Assembly: GCA_963757355.1 (NCBI GenBank) | Contig: CAVWRG010000003.1 | Location: forward strand, 2,465,550-2,529,549 | Source: an uncultured Acidobacteriota bacterium | Lineage (GTDB): Bacteria; Acidobacteriota; Vicinamibacteria; Vicinamibacterales; CAVVIG01 | Direction: 5' to 3' | Length of the DNA stretch: 64,000 bases | Part shown: in pieces, positions 58,432 to 64,000 of the stretch | Layout: each line of letters opens with the position of its first letter | Numbering within the stretch: the stretch's first letter is position 1 | Position numbers and translations under genes: made by a program | The notes under the pieces: generated by a model | What the model saw: only the letters and a program-made list of their open reading frames with translations | Database searches by the model: none | Told to the model about the DNA's origin: nothing

Positions 58432-59641
58432 ATGAATGTGATGTTTCTGAGCGCGACCGGTCAGATTGGCGGCGCCGAAACGAGTCTGCTCGAGGTGCTC
58501 GCGTCGCTCAGGCAGGCAGAGCCCTCGTGGGGGCTGCATCTCGTCATCCCGTCCGCCGGACCGCTCGAACCTCGCGCCGCATCACTCGGGGTTCAGACGA
58601 TGATGCTGCCGTTTCCGGAGTCGGTCGCGCGTCTCGGCGAAGCGGGCGCCACCGGATCGAGCGGTTACGGCCGGCTCGCTGCGCAGATGGGCATCGCTGC
58701 GGTGCCTGCGGCGCTGTATGTCGCGCAGCTTCGTCGCGTGATCCGCACGTTCGCGCCGGACGTCGTCCACACCAACGGTTTGAAAGCGCATCTTCTGGCC
58801 GGTTGGGCCTCGTCGCGTCCTGCACTTCTCTGGCATCTGCATGACTACCTCGGATCGCGTCCGATGACCGCGCGGCTGTTGCGGCGAAATCTGCGCCGGT
58901 GCGCCGCAGTGGTGGCGAACTCGGAGAGCGTGGCGACCGATGCGCGCGCGGCGCTGGGCGACGCCGCGCCGGTCAGCGTTGTCTACAATGCCGTCGATCT
59001 CGACCGGTTCTCACCCTGCGGCGAGCGACTGGATCTCGATGCGGTTGCCGGTCTGCCGCCAGCGCCGGAGGGAACGATCCGCGTGGGACTGCTCGGCACG
59101 TTCGCGCGCTGGAAGGGTCACGGCGTGCTGCTGAACGCGCTCGCGCGTCTGCCGCGCGCGATGCCGTTCCGCGCGTATGTGATCGGCGCGGCGGTGTACC
59201 AGACGGCTGCCAGTCAGGTACTCGCAGCAGGAGCTGACGTCCCAGGTCGAGCGACTCGGGCTCGCCGGCCGCGTCGGGTTCTGTGGATTCGTGGATCGGC
59301 CGGAGCGCGCCTTGCGATCGCTCGACGTGGTCGTGCACGCCAGCACCGCGCCGGAGCCGTTTGGGCTCGCGATCGTGGAAGCGATGGCGTGCGGCCGCGC
59401 CGTGATTGCCAGCGCGGCGGGCGGCGCTATCGAGATCATCGTGCCCGAAGAGAACGCGCTCGCACATGCGCCGGGAGACGTCGAGGGTCTGGCCGCGCAG
59501 CTGTTGCGATTGATGCGCGATGCTCCCCTGCGTGCACGGCTCGGCGTCGCCGGCCGCGCAACCGCCGAGCGCCGATTCGGCACAGCGCGGCTCGCGCACG
59601 ATCTCGTCCCCATGTATCGCCGCCTGGCGCCGAACGTCTAA
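58432..59641 (+). pseudogene. Glycosyltransferase family 4, interrupted by a +1 frameshift near 59218
   Basis: The N-terminal part (MNVMFLSATGQIGGAETSLL...GTFARWKGH...AVYQTAASQ) is in the frame of track ORF 58417. The C-terminal part (YSQQELTSQVERLGLAGRVGF...VVVHASTAPEPFGLAIVEAMACGRAVIAS...) is in the frame of track ORF 59291-59641. Confidence 0.7.
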
Positions 59642-60765
59642 TGCGCATCCTGCACGTCTACACCGGCAACCTGTATGGCGGCATCGAGGCCATTCTCGTG
59701 GCGATCGCCAGGCACCGCACTGGCCGGCTCGAATCGGAAGTGGCGTTGTGCTTCGACGGCCGTCTCCTCTCCGAGTTGACGCGCACGGGTATTCGCACAC
59801 ATCAACTTCCGGAGGCGCGCGCCAGCCGCCCGGCGACCGTTCGCCGGAGCCGCGAGGCGCTCTTGGCATTGCTCTGCGCCGCGCGTTTCGATGCCGTCGT
59901 CTGCCACGCCGCTTGGTCGCACGCGATGTTCGGAGCAGCCGTGCGGCGCGCGGGAGTGCCGCTGGTCTTCTGGGCGCACGATCTGATGACCGGACGTCCG
60001 TGGACCGAGCGGTGGGCGCGGCGCACACCGCCCGATCTGGCGATCTGCAACAGCGATTTCACCGCGGCCGCCGTTGGCGCGGTATTCACCGGTGTGCCGA
60101 CAGTCACCATTTACGCGCCGGTCGAACCGGGGGCTCCGTTGTCCGCCGCTGATCGACACATCCTGCGCTGCGATCTCGACACCTCGGACGAGGCGACGGT
60201 GATTGTGCAGGCGAGCCGAAGCGAATCGACGAAAGGGCACGCGACGCTCGCCGAAGCGCTCGGCCGGCTGCGAGATGTGCCCGGTTGGATCTGGTGGCAG
60301 ATCGGCGGCGCGCAGCGTCCGAGCGAAGTGGCGTGCTTGCGTGCGGTACAGCAGATCGCCGATCGCGTGGGCATCAGCGACCGCGTGCGCTTCCTAGGTG
60401 AGCGGCGCGACGTTCCGCGCCTGCTGGGGGCGGCCGACATCCACTGCCAGGCCAACTCGCGGCCGGAAGCATTTGGCGTGGCCTTCGTGGAAGCGCTCGC
60501 CGCGGGGCTGCCCGTGGTGACGACCGCGATCGGCGGCGCGATCGAAATCGTCGACGACTCGTGCGGCGTTCTCGTCGACGCGCACGATCCCGTCGCGCTC
60601 GCCGACGCGCTGCGGCGCCTCATCGTCGATCGGACCTTCCGCGCGGCGCTGGCGGCGGCTGCGCCCGCGCGGGCCCATGCGTTGTGCGATCCGCACACGC
60701 AGATGGAACGGCTGGCGGATGCGCTCGCCGCCATGCCGGCTGCACGGGTGGAGATCCACGCATGA
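59641..60765 (+). CDS. Glycosyltransferase (GT4-like)
   Basis: ATG 59641 overlaps the previous stop (TAATG) and gives MRILHVYTGNLYGGIEA. The C-terminal part reads ...ANSRPEAFGVAFVEALAAGLPVVTTAIGGAIEIV. Confidence 0.8.
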   Translation: MRILHVYTGNLYGGIEAILVAIARHRTGRLESEVALCFDGRLLSELTRTGIRTHQLPEARASRPATVRRSREALLALLCAARFDAVVCHAAWSHAMFGAAVRRAGVPLVFWAHDLMTGRPWTERWARRTPPDLAICNSDFTAAAVGAVFTGVPTVTIYAPVEPGAPLSAADRHILRCDLDTSDEATVIVQASRSESTKGHATLAEALGRLRDVPGWIWWQIGGAQRPSEVACLRAVQQIADRVGISDRVRFLGERRDVPRLLGAADIHCQANSRPEAFGVAFVEALAAGLPVVTTAIGGAIEIVDDSCGVLVDAHDPVALADALRRLIVDRTFRAALAAAAPARAHALCDPHTQMERLADALAAMPAARVEIHA

Positions 60766-62138
60766 GCGTCCCGATGGCACAGGCTGAGACGATGGCGCCG
60801 CCGCGGCCGAAGGGTGGCGGCTGGCTGCCGTCGGGGCTGGCGGAGTGGTTTGCCGTCAGCCAGACGCTGCTGCCCGCGCTGATGTTCGTGCCCGGCAGTC
60901 AACCGATTCGACTGCCGCTGCGCGTCGGTGCGTACGCGGTCAGCCTGCTCGCGTTCGCGCTGTGGTGGTTCGATCGGGCCGGCCGCCGGCCGACGCGTCA
61001 CCCGGCGGAGCGATGGCTGCTGCTGGTGGGCGTGTATCTCGTCATGATGATCGCGCACCCGAACACGAACAGCCTGCTGTCCGGTGTCGCCCAGACGCTC
61101 TTGTACTTCGCGATCTTCTGCCCCGTCTTCTGGGCGCCCGCGTACGTGCAGACGCCACGGCAGCTCGCCCGGATTCTCGTGATCCTGCTCGTGTGCAACG
61201 GTCTCAATTCGATGGTCGGCGTGCTGCAGGTGTACGACCCGACGCGGTGGATGCCGCCGCAGCTGTCGTCCGCCTTTGTCGGCGACGCGCTCGCAGCGGT
61301 GACCTATCTCGGTCCGAATGGGCGGCTCATTGTCCGTCCGCCCGGTCTGTTCGACACCCCGGGCGCGGTCTGCGCGGCCGGCACCGTTGCCGTGCTGCTC
61401 GGCCTGATTCTCGCGATCGAGCCGATCGATTGGTGGAAGCGGCTCGTGGCGCTGGGGTTTGCGACGGCCGGCATGTCTGCGATCTATCTGAGCCACGTGC
61501 GCGCGGCGTTCATGGTGACGGTCGGCACGCTCGTCGTGTACGTGGGGCTACTGAGTTTTCAAGGAGAGAAGCGGCGGGTCACCGGCTTTTTGAGCGCGGC
61601 GGCCGGTCTCATCGCCGGCTCCCTGGCGATCTCGATCATGCTCGGCGGACAGAGCGTCGGCGATCGCTTCCTCACGCTGCTCGACAACGATCCCGCGCAC
61701 GTCTACTACGAAAGTCGCGGTGTGCAGCTGGAGTCGGCGTTCGGCAGCCTCGCGGTTACCTATCCGTTTGGCGCAGGCCTGGCGCGCTGGGGCATGATGC
61801 GGAACTACTTCGGCGAGCCCGAGAGCCCCGATTCGCACGAGGTGTTCGCCGAAGTCCAGCCGAACGCCTGGATCCTCGACGGAGGCATTCCGCTCCTCAT
61901 CTTGTACACACTCGCCATCGGGCTGACCGCTGCGTACGAGCTCAAGCTGTTCCGCGATCTGGCGAGCGGCAACAATCGATTGCTGGTGGCGGTCGTGACC
62001 GCGGCCAATTTCGGCACGTTGGCGCTCGTCTTCAGCTTCATCCCATTCGGCACGGCGGTCGGCATTCAGTTCTGGTTTTTCGAAGGCGCGTTGTACGGCG
62101 CGATGGTCAACCAGGTGCGGCGCAGGCCCGCGGCGTGA
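60762..62138 (+). CDS. O-antigen ligase/polymerase-like integral membrane protein
   Basis: ATG 60762 (ATGA overlap). The protein has ~10-12 TM segments and a large loop region ...YYESRGVQLESAFGSLAVTYPFGAGLARWG..., a Wzy/WaaL-like layout. Confidence 0.7.
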   Translation: MSVPMAQAETMAPPRPKGGGWLPSGLAEWFAVSQTLLPALMFVPGSQPIRLPLRVGAYAVSLLAFALWWFDRAGRRPTRHPAERWLLLVGVYLVMMIAHPNTNSLLSGVAQTLLYFAIFCPVFWAPAYVQTPRQLARILVILLVCNGLNSMVGVLQVYDPTRWMPPQLSSAFVGDALAAVTYLGPNGRLIVRPPGLFDTPGAVCAAGTVAVLLGLILAIEPIDWWKRLVALGFATAGMSAIYLSHVRAAFMVTVGTLVVYVGLLSFQGEKRRVTGFLSAAAGLIAGSLAISIMLGGQSVGDRFLTLLDNDPAHVYYESRGVQLESAFGSLAVTYPFGAGLARWGMMRNYFGEPESPDSHEVFAEVQPNAWILDGGIPLLILYTLAIGLTAAYELKLFRDLASGNNRLLVAVVTAANFGTLALVFSFIPFGTAVGIQFWFFEGALYGAMVNQVRRRPAA

Positions 62139-63274
62139 TGACGCCATGGCTCCTCGTGGCGGGCGACTTCACGCCGCTTGGTGGCATGGACGCGGCCAAC
62201 TACGCGCTTGCGCGATATCTCGCCACGCGCGGCGAGGTGCATCTCGTCACCCACCGTGCGTGGCCCGACCTCGAGACGTCCGCGGCGGTCACGGTGCACC
62301 GCGTCTGGCGGCCAGGCAACCGCCACGCCCTCGGCGCCGCGCTGCTCGGTCCCACTGGCCGGCGCATCGCGCGGTCGCTCCAGGCGCGGCACGTGCACAC
62401 GGTGGTCAACGGCGGCAACTGTCGTGTGGCGGACGTCAACTGGGTGCACTACCTGCACGCCGCGTTCGATCCCGATCTGACCGGACCGTGGCCACAGCGC
62501 ACGAAGCGCGCGCTGCTGCACCGGCACGACCTCGCCGCCGAGCGCACGGCGCTCAGCGAGGCGCGTCTGGTGCTCTGCAACAGCCGCCGCACGCAGCGCG
62601 ATGTGGTCGACCGGCTCGGTATCCCACAGTCGCGGACGCGCATCGTCTACTACGGCTGCGATGCGTCGCGACTGATGCCGGTCACTGCGGACGAGCGGGC
62701 CGCGGCAAAACGCGTGCTGGGCTGCGCGGCGGACCGTCCACTCGTGGGATTCGTGGGAGCGCTCGGCGATCGCCGGAAGGCGTTCGACACCTTGTTCGAG
62801 GCGTGGGTCGCGCTCTGCGCGTCGTCTGAATGGGATGCCGACCTGATGGTCGTCGGCGCGGGCGCCGAGCTTCCGGCATGGAAGCGGCGTGCGCGCGCGG
62901 CGGGCGTGTCTGATCGCATGCGCTTCGCGGGCTTTCGCCGCGACGTTCCCGAGATGATGGCGGCCTTCGACGCGCTCGTCCATCCGTCGCGCTATGAAGC
63001 GTATGGGCTGTCGGTGAACGAAGCGCTCTGCCGCGGCATCCCGGCGCTCGTCAGCGCGTCAGCTGGCGTGGCGGAGCACTACGGCCCCGATCTGCGCGAC
63101 CTCCTCATCGCGAACTCGGACGACGCGGGCGAGCTCCTTGCGAGATTAACGGAATGGCGGCGGCGAGCCGATCATTACCGCGAGCTCGTGGCGCCGATTT
63201 CGTCGGCTTTGCGGGCGCGCACCTGGGATGTGATGGCGCGAGAGGTCGTCGATCTCGTGGAGCGCGCGGCGTGA
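62138..63274 (+). CDS. Glycosyltransferase family 4
   Basis: ATG 62138 (GTGATG overlap) gives MTPWLLVAGDFTPLGGMDAANYALARYLA. The C-terminal part reads ...HPSRYEAYGLSVNEALCRGIPALVSASAGVAE. Confidence 0.85.
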   Translation: MTPWLLVAGDFTPLGGMDAANYALARYLATRGEVHLVTHRAWPDLETSAAVTVHRVWRPGNRHALGAALLGPTGRRIARSLQARHVHTVVNGGNCRVADVNWVHYLHAAFDPDLTGPWPQRTKRALLHRHDLAAERTALSEARLVLCNSRRTQRDVVDRLGIPQSRTRIVYYGCDASRLMPVTADERAAAKRVLGCAADRPLVGFVGALGDRRKAFDTLFEAWVALCASSEWDADLMVVGAGAELPAWKRRARAAGVSDRMRFAGFRRDVPEMMAAFDALVHPSRYEAYGLSVNEALCRGIPALVSASAGVAEHYGPDLRDLLIANSDDAGELLARLTEWRRRADHYRELVAPISSALRARTWDVMAREVVDLVERAA

Positions 63275-64000
63275 GCTTTGCGCCGATCGACGCGTGCTGG
63301 ATCTGTGCTGGCCGGACACTCACGCGATATCACGAGTTCGGCCTCGATTTCAGCCAGTACGCGCGGCAGGATCCGGAGCTCGCGGCCTACACGGCCTCGC
63401 GCGTCTGGTTGACGCGCTGCCAGGCATGCGGATTCGGACAGCCGGAAGCCTTGCCGACGCTGCAGGATTTCTTCGGCCGCATGTACGACCAGCAATGGTC
63501 GGACGACTGGGTCGAGCAGGAGTTCGACGCCGACTACAAAGACCTCATCTTCCGCACGATTCTGCGCGAGCTCGCGCGGCGGCGTCCGGCGAAGGGCACC
63601 CTGCTCGACATCGGTGCCCACGCGGGGCGCTTCATGTCGCTGGCGCAGGCGCAGCAATGGCGGGTGGAGGGCGTGGAGCTCAATCCGCGCACCGCCGCAT
63701 ACGCCGCACGCCGGACCGGCGCGCCGGTGCACCGGCTCGACGCGCGCGATCTCGTGGCTGAGGGCCGTCGATATGCGGCCGTGTGTCTCACCGACGTGCT
63801 CGAGCACATTCCGGAGCCGCTCAGCGTCCTGTCTACTGTCGCCGCGCTGCTCGAAGACCAGGGCTGCATTGCGATCAAAGTGCCGTGCGGCGTCAGCCAG
63901 TGGCACAAAGAGCGTGTGCTCGCGGCGCTGCGTCCGGGGCACACGGTCTCGCTCGCCGACAATCTCGTGCACGTGAATCATTTTTCTGCGGCGTCGCTGC
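63271..64000 (+). CDS. Class I SAM-dependent methyltransferase with N-terminal Cys4 motif (3' end outside window)
   Basis: GTG 63271 (GTGA overlap) gives SFAPIDACWICAG...CQACGFGQ... followed by LLDIGAHAGRFM (motif I) ...AAVCLTDVLEHIPEP. It is open to the window edge and absent from the track because it has no stop. Confidence 0.75.
   Translation, partial: MSFAPIDACWICAGRTLTRYHEFGLDFSQYARQDPELAAYTASRVWLTRCQACGFGQPEALPTLQDFFGRMYDQQWSDDWVEQEFDADYKDLIFRTILRELARRRPAKGTLLDIGAHAGRFMSLAQAQQWRVEGVELNPRTAAYAARRTGAPVHRLDARDLVAEGRRYAAVCLTDVLEHIPEPLSVLSTVAALLEDQGCIAIKVPCGVSQWHKERVLAALRPGHTVSLADNLVHVNHFSAASL

Noticed and set aside
58417-63274. Giant fused ORFs 58417-60765 (782 aa) and 60845-63274 (809 aa).
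   Set aside because: These are read-through artefacts. Sensible protein sequence occupies only part of each, and internal starts with 1-4 nt stop/start overlaps (59641, 60762, 62138) delimit the real genes.

Overview
GC-rich bacterial chromosomal window with strong GC3 bias. It comes from a diderm (BamA, TamB, a Wza-like exporter and lipoproteins are present), and the gene content looks Acidobacteriota-like, which is inference only. About 50 real genes are mostly housekeeping: hslVU, transaldolase, an acyl-CoA carboxylase set, tamB-bamA-surA-like, an NtrC-type two-component system, class II RNR nrdJ, blaI/blaR1-like, an MrfA/MrfB-like helicase-exonuclease pair, rpmE, rho, engB, lon-clpX-clpP-tig, and tRNA-Leu(UAG). 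There is also an ECF sigma/anti-sigma/Dam methylase unit and the start of an exopolysaccharide locus. I found no transposase, integrase, prophage, CRISPR or rRNA. Many long track ORFs are antisense or read-through artefacts of high GC. The unusual content is non-coding. (1) Nearly every intergenic spacer holds a long hairpin built as [7-8 nt tandem unit]n-loop-[reverse-complement unit]n, in at least three unrelated unit families. (2) A paired GGGGCCGTACCCC palindromic mini-element occurs at 5 loci. (3) There are REP-like GTAG...CTAC hairpins. Families 1 and 2 also sit in frame inside coding genes, three times in the helicase/exonuclease operon and once in an aldo/keto reductase. Regulatory signals include two sigma-54-type promoters flanking the NtrC operon, one followed by a candidate small RNA, and a symmetric divergent ECF-type promoter palindrome. 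There is also a BlaI-type operator in a promoter and several apparently leaderless starts. All coordinates were counted by hand, and repeat boundaries are approximate to a few nt.
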